Assembly: GCA_965215195.1 (NCBI GenBank)
Contig: CBDCDC010000002.1
Coordinates: 4,798,219 to 4,862,218, forward strand
Length of the DNA: 64,000 bases
DNA from: Candidatus Latescibacterota bacterium
GTDB lineage: Bacteria > Latescibacterota > UBA2968 > UBA8231
Direction: 5' to 3'
Part shown: one piece after another, positions 9,819-19,306 of the stretch
How the letters are laid out: each line of letters begins with the position of its first letter
How positions within the stretch are numbered: the first letter of the stretch is position 1
Translations under genes and position numbers: made by a program
The notes under the pieces: generated by a model
What the model saw: only the letters and a program-made list of their open reading frames with translations
What the model was told of the DNA's origin: nothing
Database searches by the model: none

Positions 9819-12800
9819 CTACCGGGAGTCCCACCGTCGCTTCAATTCGAGAAATTTTTCGTTAGTTTTCAGAGTAGGATCGGCTTTGATTATCGACGCT
9901 AGTATATCTTCTATACCAAAGGGCCAATATAAAATGTTGTCCGGCAGCACTGCATACAAGAGATCTAGCGTCTGACGAGGGTGTTTTTTGGCGATGTTCT
10001 CAGACAATGGCAAATGAAGGTGCTCTGCCTTAGTAAGAAGCGGGAGAATTGTTTCTACTAATTCTGGAAATAGCTCTTCTTTGCAGAACGCTAAGTCAAA
10101 TAAAGATGCGGACATTGCTGGCGAGTTCGCCTTTCTCTGACGAGGCCATACATCTCTCAAGAACTCTGGCAACAATAATGTCCATTTGTCTCTAGTCCTT
10201 TCTTCTGTGCATGACCTCCTCATAGCATGTAACACATGAGATCGAAATTCATCATCCGTCTGCACCAGCACATCCCTGAGTTCCTCATTGGAAACACAAC
10301 GATTGCTTGTTCCTTCAATAAAGCTCCCCCACCCGGACAAAATAATACTTGAAAGCCCTTGGCGATACTCGCGGCGAGTTTGACCATCCTCTCTTGCAAG
10401 CTGAAGCAAATGCGTCTTTAAGCGCATAAATAGCTCTTGGCATGGCGTGTACGCGAGAGAGCCTCCCCAAAAAGCCTCCCTATCGAGCCCACTGGAATCA
10501 AGAGCCGAAAGTAGATTATCTTCTGACCATTCGCGATTATTCGTATAAAACCAATTTATCCGGTATGTGAAAATTGCTAACGCGTACCGGCGCAGATCAC
10601 CGGGCAGAGCAAGCAGTTCATCTGCATACTCTAGATGCTCTAGAGGAAAGTCCCCATCCATCTTCATGCCGTTTGTCTGCGAATTACGAAAGAGAGCTTG
10701 TGCAATCTGTCCTACCGGTGCATTAAGTGCCGTCGTCATCCAGTCCCGGACTCCATCGACCTGCCAGACCCCCGAATCACTACTTTCCGGTTCTTTTGCT
10801 AGGGCTTGGATCAGCGCACTCGTTACCTTGTGAAAACCTGCTGGATATTGATCGAAGAGGCGATCACTCACGTTCATAAGCCAGCTTGCTGCTGGCCAGA
10901 CGAGTTCCGTAGCACCATTACCCAGATAACCAGCTAAACGCTCGGCGATCAACGCCATAAATCTGGGCTTGTCGGTCTTTCGCTCCTCCGCATTCAGAAA
11001 GATGCTCCACTCCCAATCTGGAAAATCTCCCCTGCTGGCCGCTGTCCTGAGAGCAGAAAATGCTCTGACAGGACGGGCATTCGACAATCCGCTGAAGGGG
11101 TTGTATCCGACGAAAGGCTCATCTCGTCTCCCACTCAGACTTTGTGCCTCTGACAGCACTGAAGCAAGAGGTATATCCAATAATGCTGAATAATCAGTTT
11201 CAGTGTTCATTGTCCCAATTCTAGTTCCCCAATATGCTACTATTTTATCGACATGTTCCGGCTTCCAATCCGGTACGAATCCCCGAAGCCGATCGGTTTC
11301 TTCCGCAAGATTGAGATGTAATTTGCATCCTTTTTGAGACAACCAAGTTATCCGAGCTAGTATTGACAAAGTACGCTGTTTCTCGAAATCCTCTTCTTGT
11401 TTTCGGCGCGAACGTCCTTTCAGAAGCCGTTTTTCGATCGCGACACGAGTATCGGCACTCAATCTATCCCACCGAGCCAACAGCGTATGCAACAAATCCC
11501 ACTCGTGGCTACGGTCCCAAAAGATGTCATCACTCATATCGACAAGCATAGAACCAAACTGATCATCCGACACCAAGTCGGGTTTGCCTGCGGCCCATAT
11601 TCGCAGCCTTGCAAATATCGCGTCGTCTTCACTCAACCATTTTGAAAACTCGTGCCTTGCCGCCTCTATGTCGATCCGTATGAGACGCTCAAAGACCGAT
11701 GTAAATTCAATGACGGCTCCAGACAGCCTAAGTTTGCGATCGCTGGCTGTATTCTGGTCTAGAACAATAGAGCTTATATGACCAAGGCCACCTCTGTCGA
11801 TTTCGGTCTCAAGCTCGAGAGCAGTCTCGAGATTCTTACGCAATACTACTACAACAGGAGCAACCCATTCATTAGGAATGTCGATTCTTTCACTGTTATC
11901 TGCCGGATACACCACATCCAAACCAATAAGCTCGCTGCGACCTATCTCTCCCTGCTTTTCAGGTGGCTTGGGATTGCCCAAAAGTGGCTCCACCCGCAAA
12001 TAAGGGCGAAAACATGCAGCATAGGCGCGAACAACGCTTCTGCTCCAACCGTCCTTTGAAATTCGTCTTTTCAATTCATTCCAACCGACTAAATCGGCAT
12101 CCCTATTTCTACCTTGTTCCCAGTATTCGAGCAGATAGTACCAAGCCTCACGAACAGCGGGAGATATGGGCCGTTGTGAGCGTGTAAGAGTCCAACGTAT
12201 TCCGCTTCGAATTTCGGGATGCAGAGGGGTTGTTCGCACTGCCCACCAAACAGCCGCGGGCTGGCTCGCAACACCTCTTATCCACGCACCCATTTGGCGG
12301 AGCCGCGGAGGAAGAGGCAGCACGTTGTACGCCCAACGACCTGTTATCGACGGAAAATTGTCATTCCTCAAGGTGGTTTTGTCGATGCGGCTCAGATTAA
12401 AAGCATCCCAAGCATCGGTTGGCACCTCACGTTCAGAGGAATGACCTGCAGGATCAGATCTGTCTGGCGGCATGTCTGAGTCGATGTGGTAAAGATCAAA
12501 TGGATCGACGTATGGTCCCTCCTGCAAAAAGCCACCTAACTTTCCCGGTTCACCATAGCGCCTGTACTTATCGAAAACACACAGCCACTCTGCCGGAGGC
12601 AGTTTTTCTCCCTCCGAGAATTTTTTGACTCCCTCAACCGTCGAGACGATGTGAGCAACTTGCCCTCGTTCATGTGGCGAAAGACTTTTGGGACCTTGCT
12701 TCGCTTTATTGATGACCTCCGAATACCACTTATCGAGATCTCGCGCTCTCTGCGCCCACGCCTCTAGCGTGTTCCAAAGAGCAGCATGGTCGGAATCTTC

Positions 12801-13616
12801 TGCATAGGAAATGGCCTTAACCCCTCTGTGCCCCCATTTAGAGGCGGCATCGTCCGCATTACCCGGTTGAAAAGCATAGACTTGGCGTTCATTGATCTGT
12901 CTGTTTAGTCCTTCTAACAGATAATGAACAGGAGGATCGTCCGCCGCGTAGCCGATGAAGACAACGACGTACCTGTCAATGATTTCCCGAAAGAAGGAAG
13001 TAGCCCAACCCTCCGAAAGATACGCCTGTCCAAATTGGGAACTGGACAGAACAAATCCATCGTCTTCAGCCCTTTGGTAATCAGGTGTAGCCTTACCGTG
13101 AAGATAGATAATGCCGTTCATATCATTCGGCCGCGACGGATCAGGCAAACGAGGTCGTTGCCACGATGAAAGGCCGCGATCACAATCATCAAACAGGCGA
13201 TCAAAGTTGGTCGTTACGACATGAACCAAACCTTCCATAGTGGTTGCGAGGTCGAGGATTATGCGATGGGCCGTCAAATCCGGTTCATTATCCGGTCGCA
13301 GCGCGAAAGCCACCGCCTCTTCTATAACGTCCATGGAAAACTCGCGCTCAAGCAGGCCGAATATCCGGTCTGCGGGGATTACACCAGCGACACTGGTTTG
13401 GGCCTCAATACTACGCGCTTCATCAAGTAGCTTCCGGGCTGGGCTATCAGCTAGGACCCCAAGTGTCTCCATAACTTTTTTTGCCAAACCAAAGAAGTCC
13501 GGCAGCTTTGCCTTAGCCCGTGAGACCCCAGCCCCACAGAAGAAAACTACTCGGCCCTCATCGCGGGCATGGAGCAGCTCATCTGGAATCGCCGGGCCAT
13601 TGTCCAAAAACCGCAT
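9819..13616 (-). CDS. Defence-associated sirtuin, Dsr1-like (SIR2 NADase + long C-terminal region)
   Basis: GP-IPDELL-A-DEGRVVFFCGAGVS N-terminus, TTNFD, YLHG, FIGY-ADDPPV; 1265 aa; lower GC. Confidence 0.8.
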   Translation of the reverse strand: MRFLDNGPAIPDELLHARDEGRVVFFCGAGVSRAKAKLPDFFGLAKKVMETLGVLADSPARKLLDEARSIEAQTSVAGVIPADRIFGLLEREFSMDVIEEAVAFALRPDNEPDLTAHRIILDLATTMEGLVHVVTTNFDRLFDDCDRGLSSWQRPRLPDPSRPNDMNGIIYLHGKATPDYQRAEDDGFVLSSSQFGQAYLSEGWATSFFREIIDRYVVVFIGYAADDPPVHYLLEGLNRQINERQVYAFQPGNADDAASKWGHRGVKAISYAEDSDHAALWNTLEAWAQRARDLDKWYSEVINKAKQGPKSLSPHERGQVAHIVSTVEGVKKFSEGEKLPPAEWLCVFDKYRRYGEPGKLGGFLQEGPYVDPFDLYHIDSDMPPDRSDPAGHSSEREVPTDAWDAFNLSRIDKTTLRNDNFPSITGRWAYNVLPLPPRLRQMGAWIRGVASQPAAVWWAVRTTPLHPEIRSGIRWTLTRSQRPISPAVREAWYYLLEYWEQGRNRDADLVGWNELKRRISKDGWSRSVVRAYAACFRPYLRVEPLLGNPKPPEKQGEIGRSELIGLDVVYPADNSERIDIPNEWVAPVVVVLRKNLETALELETEIDRGGLGHISSIVLDQNTASDRKLRLSGAVIEFTSVFERLIRIDIEAARHEFSKWLSEDDAIFARLRIWAAGKPDLVSDDQFGSMLVDMSDDIFWDRSHEWDLLHTLLARWDRLSADTRVAIEKRLLKGRSRRKQEEDFEKQRTLSILARITWLSQKGCKLHLNLAEETDRLRGFVPDWKPEHVDKIVAYWGTRIGTMNTETDYSALLDIPLASVLSEAQSLSGRRDEPFVGYNPFSGLSNARPVRAFSALRTAASRGDFPDWEWSIFLNAEERKTDKPRFMALIAERLAGYLGNGATELVWPAASWLMNVSDRLFDQYPAGFHKVTSALIQALAKEPESSDSGVWQVDGVRDWMTTALNAPVGQIAQALFRNSQTNGMKMDGDFPLEHLEYADELLALPGDLRRYALAIFTYRINWFYTNNREWSEDNLLSALDSSGLDREAFWGGSLAYTPCQELFMRLKTHLLQLAREDGQTRREYRQGLSSIILSGWGSFIEGTSNRCVSNEELRDVLVQTDDEFRSHVLHAMRRSCTEERTRDKWTLLLPEFLRDVWPRQRKANSPAMSASLFDLAFCKEELFPELVETILPLLTKAEHLHLPLSENIAKKHPRQTLDLLYAVLPDNILYWPFGIEDILASIIKADPTLKTNEKFLELKRRWDSR

Positions 13617-13665
13617 TTACTCTCCTAGTTGGAGCCTTGACTCACCTTTGCTCTTCTTCTAAAAT

Positions 13666-13775
13666 TTTGTCATTCGCCTTGTCAAAGTCAATGACATATC
13701 TTTTTTTATTTATTAAAGATAAATATCATTAACTCTTTTATAACAATGAGTTATGATGACAAAAGCCATGACAAA
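13666..13775. promoter_or_regulatory. AT-rich divergent control region with TTGTCA/TGACAA repeats
   Basis: tttgtcattcgccttgtcaa (13666-13685) is an imperfect inverted repeat of atgacaaaagccatgacaaa (13756-13775). Confidence 0.45.
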
Positions 13776-14940
13776 TAAGCGGCCATACGAAGCGTCGCAT
13801 CCTTGGCTTACCTTCGCTCTCGACCTATCGCATCTAGACTACAAGACCTGGATCGCGCTCGGCGCGGTGGCGGCAAAATGCGATCACATCGCCAATGCGA
13901 TGATGGATCCTGAGGTAGCGCAGAGTGTTCACAGGCTGTATCTGGCAAAGGGCGCGTTGGCCACCACAGCGATCGAAGGCAATACGCTGTCCGAAGAAGA
14001 AGTCACAGGGCTGCTCGCAGGCTCGCTCAAACTGCCGCCGTCGCGGGAGTACCTCGGCCAAGAGATCGAAAACATCGTCAATGCCTGTAACGCACTGACC
14101 GACGATATTGCCACAAGCGGCACCAAGCCGCTTACAGCCGCGATCATCAAAAAAATGAATCGGGCTGTACTAAACGAACTCGAAGGCGAAGCCCATGTCG
14201 CGCCCGGAGAAATCCGCACCACAGATGTGGTCGTAGGTAGATACAAATGTCCTCCGCATCAGGATTGCGTCTTTCTACTAGATCGCCTGTGCGACGTATT
14301 GAACAAATTTCCGCTCGCCGAGGACCACCCCATCGCCTATGCGGTCCTGAAGGCCATTTTCGCGCACCTCTATCTGGCTTGGATCCATCCCTTCGGCGAT
14401 GGCAACGGCCGCACGGCGCGATTGCTGGAATTTTACATCCTAATTGGTGCTGGCCTACCGCAGCCGGCCTGCCACCTATTGAGCAACCACTACAACCAAA
14501 CGCGGTCGGCCTATTACCGCCAACTAGACCGCGCTCGCCAAACGGACGACGGCGTTGTGCGCTTCATAAGCTATGCCATTGAGGGGTTGGTGGACGGCCT
14601 AAGCGAACAAATCGGCCTAATCCGCGAGCATCAATGGGATGTCGCATGGATCAACCACGTACACGAGACTTTCCGTACGGTCTCAGGCTCTGCGGCGAGC
14701 CGCCAACGGACGCTGGCGTTGAGCCTATCTCGCGCAAAGGCACCGGTCCGCATCGCCGATATTCCCACGCTAGATGCCGATTTGGGCCGTGCCTATGCAA
14801 CTGTCACGCCCCGCACGCTGCACCGCGACATCGAAGCCCTAATCGGTTTGGAACTTGTGGTGTATGAAGATAGAACGGTGCGGTCCCACCGCGAGCGGCT
14901 GTTGGCGTTCCTGCCCTGGCGCAACCTAGCCAGCCGCTGA
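13756..14940 (+). CDS. Fic family protein with probable C-terminal HTH
   Basis: HPFGDGNGRTAR motif, TTAIEGN inhibitory motif, C-terminal RTLHRDI. Start may instead be 13768. Confidence 0.9.
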   Translation: MTKAMTNKRPYEASHPWLTFALDLSHLDYKTWIALGAVAAKCDHIANAMMDPEVAQSVHRLYLAKGALATTAIEGNTLSEEEVTGLLAGSLKLPPSREYLGQEIENIVNACNALTDDIATSGTKPLTAAIIKKMNRAVLNELEGEAHVAPGEIRTTDVVVGRYKCPPHQDCVFLLDRLCDVLNKFPLAEDHPIAYAVLKAIFAHLYLAWIHPFGDGNGRTARLLEFYILIGAGLPQPACHLLSNHYNQTRSAYYRQLDRARQTDDGVVRFISYAIEGLVDGLSEQIGLIREHQWDVAWINHVHETFRTVSGSAASRQRTLALSLSRAKAPVRIADIPTLDADLGRAYATVTPRTLHRDIEALIGLELVVYEDRTVRSHRERLLAFLPWRNLASR

Positions 14941-16218
14941 AACCCGCAGTGCCTGCCGCGTCCCCACCAAGTCGAAACAGGCCTCTTGGTTGCCGCGCAT
15001 GAAGCGGGTCGCCAGCTCTATGGCTGCGGCCTCGGTCAGCAGGCCGTCGTCTATCTCGCCTTGGAGGGCGCGGGTGAGCCAGCGACGCGCCTGCATTGCG
15101 TAGGCCACCGAGCTGGTCGGCCAGCCCGTGTCGCCGCCAAAGGCGAAGAGCTTGGACGCGGGAGCCGCGTGGATAAAGCGGCGCACAAAGTCGCACGCGC
15201 TGTACGGGTCAATGGACCACGCCCAGCAGAGATCCGCGTACACATTGCGGTAGTGCTTGGCCAGCGCGACCAATTCGTTGGAATAGGGATAGGCAATGTG
15301 CATCAGCACAAAGCGGCAATCGAGGTAGCGGGCCAGCAAGGGGCAGAGGTGGCCGCTTTTGATGCGGTCAACCGGCATGCGGTCGTTGCCAGCGTAGTAG
15401 CCGGTGTGGATCTTGAACGGCAGCTCGTATTCGATCGCCAGCTCAGTGCCCCGCGCCCAGCACCAATCGCCCAAAAGCAATCGGCTCGGCTCGTCGAGTT
15501 CTGTGCCTTGGAGCAGGCGTTGGAGCACGCGCTCGGCATCGGCGTCGGTGCGCTCTTCCCAGCGCAGTGTGCGGTTGTACGCATGTTGGGCTTTGACCGC
15601 GATGGCATGGGGGCCATGCTGGGCGAAGATAGCTTCCATGCCCTGCTTGAGGCTAGCCAAGTCGGTGACGGCCACGCCGGTTTCTCGCTCAATGGCCTCG
15701 GCGTCGACTTGGCCGTTGCAAAAGCCGGCCCAGGACAAGTCGTAGAGGAAGAAATCCACGCCGGACTCGTCGGGCGGGCAGGGCCAGCAGAAGTCGTCGG
15801 TCTGCACGTGGTCTAGCCGGCCTATTTGGCTGAGCAGCGTGCGCCGACCGCCGGGCCGACGCCAAGCATTGAGCTTTTCTTGCGCCTTGTGCAGCTCGTC
15901 GTCGCTAAAATCGGCCATGCCATAGACTTCGTGCGCGAGGATGCGCACGGCCTCGCCGTAGCCGGTGAAGCGAATGGCCGCAAAGGCCGAGCGGATGCGG
16001 TCAAAGCGCGCACCCAAATCCGGGTCGGACGCGTCGTTGAGCTTGTGTAGGTCTTCTGCGGTGGCACCGGCCGCGATCAGGTCGGCGGGCACGTAGTTGC
16101 CGAAGAGGTCTTGCAGGATGTCCGGGCCGTTCTCGACCCAGTCTCGCTCCTTGCGCAGGTGCTCGTGCGTGTCGATTAGCAGCGCGTCGGCGATGTGTTG
16201 GCACAGGTCCGTAGCCAT
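14926..16218 (-). CDS. Amidohydrolase family protein
   Basis: IDTHEH, KIHTG, LMH and FGGD motifs. Confidence 0.8.
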   Translation of the reverse strand: MATDLCQHIADALLIDTHEHLRKERDWVENGPDILQDLFGNYVPADLIAAGATAEDLHKLNDASDPDLGARFDRIRSAFAAIRFTGYGEAVRILAHEVYGMADFSDDELHKAQEKLNAWRRPGGRRTLLSQIGRLDHVQTDDFCWPCPPDESGVDFFLYDLSWAGFCNGQVDAEAIERETGVAVTDLASLKQGMEAIFAQHGPHAIAVKAQHAYNRTLRWEERTDADAERVLQRLLQGTELDEPSRLLLGDWCWARGTELAIEYELPFKIHTGYYAGNDRMPVDRIKSGHLCPLLARYLDCRFVLMHIAYPYSNELVALAKHYRNVYADLCWAWSIDPYSACDFVRRFIHAAPASKLFAFGGDTGWPTSSVAYAMQARRWLTRALQGEIDDGLLTEAAAIELATRFMRGNQEACFDLVGTRQALRVSAAG

Positions 16219-16274
16219 GGGGCATGCTCCGGTTTGAGGTGTTGCGTTTCCAAGCTGTCATTAACAATAACAAT

Positions 16275-16703
16275 ATGGACTGGCATCCCTTCATCGTCCA
16301 CTACCCCATCGCGCTCTTGTCGCTGAGTCCGCTGTGCGATCTAGGCGCGCTTTTGCTGAGACGCCGCGCCGGGCATCACTTAGCGTACGGCTTGCTGGTG
16401 GTGGGCGTACTAGCGGCGACGGCCGCCGTGCTCAGCGGCAACGCGGCCGCAACCGAGGCTTGGGAGGGGCCGGCCGCCGCGCCCTTAGCCACGCACGAAT
16501 CCCTCGCTACTTGGACCTTGCTGTTGGGGTTGGGGGCTGTCTTAGGGCGCTTGCCCTTGCATCTCAAGGGGCGGCTTGAAGGATGGCCGCTCTATGGGTG
16601 GATCGCGGTCGGCCTGCTGATCGGCGGCTTGGTCTTGTGGACGGGCTACTGCGGCAGCGAATTGGTCTATGTACACGGCTTGGGCGTGCGGGCCGATGGC
16701 TGA
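16275..16703 (+). CDS. DUF2231-like membrane protein
   Basis: HPFIVHYPIAL and TGY-G-ELVY-HG motifs. Confidence 0.75.
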   Translation: MDWHPFIVHYPIALLSLSPLCDLGALLLRRRAGHHLAYGLLVVGVLAATAAVLSGNAAATEAWEGPAAAPLATHESLATWTLLLGLGAVLGRLPLHLKGRLEGWPLYGWIAVGLLIGGLVLWTGYCGSELVYVHGLGVRADG

Positions 16704-16779
16704 TCGGCGGCTGGTTGGCGGAATTTTTTTCGCTTATCTTCGCCCGCAATTCTTCACATCTGTAAACTAGGAGCAACCC

Positions 16780-18180
16780 GTGAACCGCCCCAACATACTG
16801 CTCATTATGACGGACGAACACGCGCCCATGTACAGCGGCCCCTACGGGCATCCGCTCGTGCAGACGCCCTTTATGGATCAATTGGCGGCCGAGGGCGCGA
16901 CCTTTGCCAACGCCTATTGCAACTCTCCGCTCTGCCTGCCGTCGCGGATGTCGTTTATGACCGGCCGCTACATCAGCCGGATCGCTGCCTTTGACAATGC
17001 CAGTCCCCTGCCATCGGATGCGGTCACTTGGGCCCATCGGCTGCGCGCTGTCGGCTACGATGTGGTGCTATCGGGCAAGCAGCACTTTTGCGGCCCGGAC
17101 CAACTACACGGCTTCCGCGCCCAGCTAGCGCGCGATTTGCACGCCGAGCTGTGGACCAAAGATGGCGTTCTGCGCGGTACGCCCGACTGGAGCAAGGGTA
17201 CGCTGCCAGCCGACAAGCCTTGGGGCGGCGTGGCTGAGGCCGGGCCGGGGACGACCTTGGAGATCGAAGTCGATGATCTGGTGGAGGAACGAGCACTGGC
17301 TTACCTACGCGACCCGGCCCGCAAGGAGCGGCCTTGGGCACTGAATGTCTCGTTTATTGCGCCGCATTTTCCACTCGTAGTGCCCGAGCGGTTTTTCAAT
17401 CTCTATCCCCTCGACCAGATCGACATGCCGGAGATTCCCCCCGGCCATCTCGAAAGCCAGCACCCCGTACACCAGCGGATGCGGGCCATGTTCGGGGCGG
17501 TCGATTTCCCCGCAGAACAGGTGCGCCGCGCCCGCGCCGGTTACTACGGGCTGATTACTTATCTCGACGAGAAGATCGGCCGCCTGCTCGCCGCCCTAGA
17601 GGAAACCGGACAGCGCGACGACACGCTCATCGTGCATTTCAGCGATCACGGGGAAATGAACGGCGAGCACGGCATGTGGCGGAAGTCGAGCATGTACGAG
17701 GCGTCCGCGAGGGTGCCGCTGCAAATGGTCTATCCCGGGCACATCCCGGCCGGTCGGCGCATCAGCGGGGTGGTGTCGTTAGTGGATCTAGTGGCGACCA
17801 TCGTCGAACTCGCCGGCGCGTCCAGCGCGGGGCCGCTGGACGGCGGCAGTCTGGTGGGATTGCTGCAAGGGCAAGACGCAGGCTGGAAGGACGAAGCATT
17901 TTCCGAGTACCTAGCCCACGGCGTGGCGCGGCCCACGGCCATGCTGCGGCGCGGCCGCTACAAGCTCCACTACAGCTTGGGAGACCCACCCCAGCTATAC
18001 GACGTAGAAGCCGACCCCAACGAATTCGACGATTTAGCAAACCATCCATATCACGCGGCCACCTTAGCCGCCCTGCAAGAGCGGCTGTTGTCCGAGTGGA
18101 ACCCGGTCGCCTTAGAGACCCAAGTGCGGCAAAGTCAGCAGGATCGGCTCTTGATTGAACGGGCCGCACGATTCGCCTGA
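16780..18180 (+). CDS. Sulfatase (choline-sulfatase-like)
   Basis: PNILLIMTDE, CLPSR (CxPxR), GKQH, SDHG, K-SMYE-SARVPL. Confidence 0.9.
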   Translation: MNRPNILLIMTDEHAPMYSGPYGHPLVQTPFMDQLAAEGATFANAYCNSPLCLPSRMSFMTGRYISRIAAFDNASPLPSDAVTWAHRLRAVGYDVVLSGKQHFCGPDQLHGFRAQLARDLHAELWTKDGVLRGTPDWSKGTLPADKPWGGVAEAGPGTTLEIEVDDLVEERALAYLRDPARKERPWALNVSFIAPHFPLVVPERFFNLYPLDQIDMPEIPPGHLESQHPVHQRMRAMFGAVDFPAEQVRRARAGYYGLITYLDEKIGRLLAALEETGQRDDTLIVHFSDHGEMNGEHGMWRKSSMYEASARVPLQMVYPGHIPAGRRISGVVSLVDLVATIVELAGASSAGPLDGGSLVGLLQGQDAGWKDEAFSEYLAHGVARPTAMLRRGRYKLHYSLGDPPQLYDVEADPNEFDDLANHPYHAATLAALQERLLSEWNPVALETQVRQSQQDRLLIERAARFA

Positions 18181-18212
18181 GCGTTTAGTCAGTGGCTAGC
18201 GGCCGTACGCCT

Positions 18213-19295
18213 CTAGGTGTCCGGCTCGTACTTGGGCTGCCGCGGTGCGCGAGCCCGCTCCAGTCGGTACTTGCTCCCGTCAAGCGGTAGCCCTATGCGA
18301 GCACCGCCGCGCTGGTGCGATTCGACAAACGCGAAAATTAGCTCGGTATTGGCCCGCGCCAGCTCGGCGCCGCCGCGTGGCGGCTCGCCCGTATCGAGCG
18401 AGTGGACCAGATCCTCGACCAAGCAGAGGGTCGAAGCCCGGTGCTCGAAAGCAGGAAATTCCACCGAGCCTAAGGTATCGCGGCCCCGATGATCGCGTGC
18501 TACCGGGGCCCGCAACTGCCACTCTTTATCGTGGCCCAGTGCCGTCACCACGCCCTTTTCGCAGACAGCCTCCACTTCCAATCCCCGACCCGAATTGAGC
18601 GCGTACGCGGTGACCCCGTTGGCGAAGTGGATGATGCCGTGCCCGACCGGATCCTCGCGCAGAATAGCCCCGTCGATGATCGCGTCGCCATTGGGCAAAT
18701 GCGCTTGCACCCAAGCGGCCGGGGTATCGGAGTTGAGGCGCTGGAGCAGGTCAAAGCTGTGGCTGGCACCGTTGAAGAGTGCACTGGTCTGGTGGATGAT
18801 GAGGGTTTGCAACGCGCCGATTTCCCCGGAGTCAATGACGGCCTTCATCTGGTCGTAGCCGGGGTGGAAGCGGCGATTGGTGCCCATGTTGAGCGCGACG
18901 TTGTGGCGCTGGCAGGCTTGGACCATGCGGTCGGCTTCGGCCAGCGAGGCCGAGAACGCTTTTTCCGCGTAGATGGCGCGGGCCCCTGCTTCGGCTGCCG
19001 CGATGACGATCTCGGCCCGCTGCTCGGGCTGGGTGGCGACGCTGACGATGTCTGGCTCTTCGCGGGCGAGCATTTCTCGGTAGTCGGTGTACTGCTTGTC
19101 CGCGGGAATGCCGTAGCGCACACCGACCTTTTCCATTACATCGGGGCGCAGGTCCGAACAGGCGATGAGGTCCGTGCGTTCACAAGCCTCGTATCCAGCG
19201 GCGTGAGAGTACGGGCGCATCGCGGGCGGGACTTCGTTGTCGATGAAAGCCCCCATGCGGCTACAGCCGATGAGGACAGCTTTGTATTGGTGCAT
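18213..19295 (-). CDS. Gfo/Idh/MocA oxidoreductase
   Basis: IGCSRMG, YTDYREML-EEPDIVSVAT, EKA motif; AGGAG RBS. Confidence 0.85.
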   Translation of the reverse strand: MHQYKAVLIGCSRMGAFIDNEVPPAMRPYSHAAGYEACERTDLIACSDLRPDVMEKVGVRYGIPADKQYTDYREMLAREEPDIVSVATQPEQRAEIVIAAAEAGARAIYAEKAFSASLAEADRMVQACQRHNVALNMGTNRRFHPGYDQMKAVIDSGEIGALQTLIIHQTSALFNGASHSFDLLQRLNSDTPAAWVQAHLPNGDAIIDGAILREDPVGHGIIHFANGVTAYALNSGRGLEVEAVCEKGVVTALGHDKEWQLRAPVARDHRGRDTLGSVEFPAFEHRASTLCLVEDLVHSLDTGEPPRGGAELARANTELIFAFVESHQRGGARIGLPLDGSKYRLERARAPRQPKYEPDT

Positions 19296-19306
19296 TTTCT
19301 CCTCCT

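Noticed and set aside
9819-13616. Thoeris, Sir2-HerA or Sir2-pAgo system
   Set aside because: No TIR, HerA or Argonaute partner nearby; size and N-terminus fit a stand-alone Dsr1-like protein.
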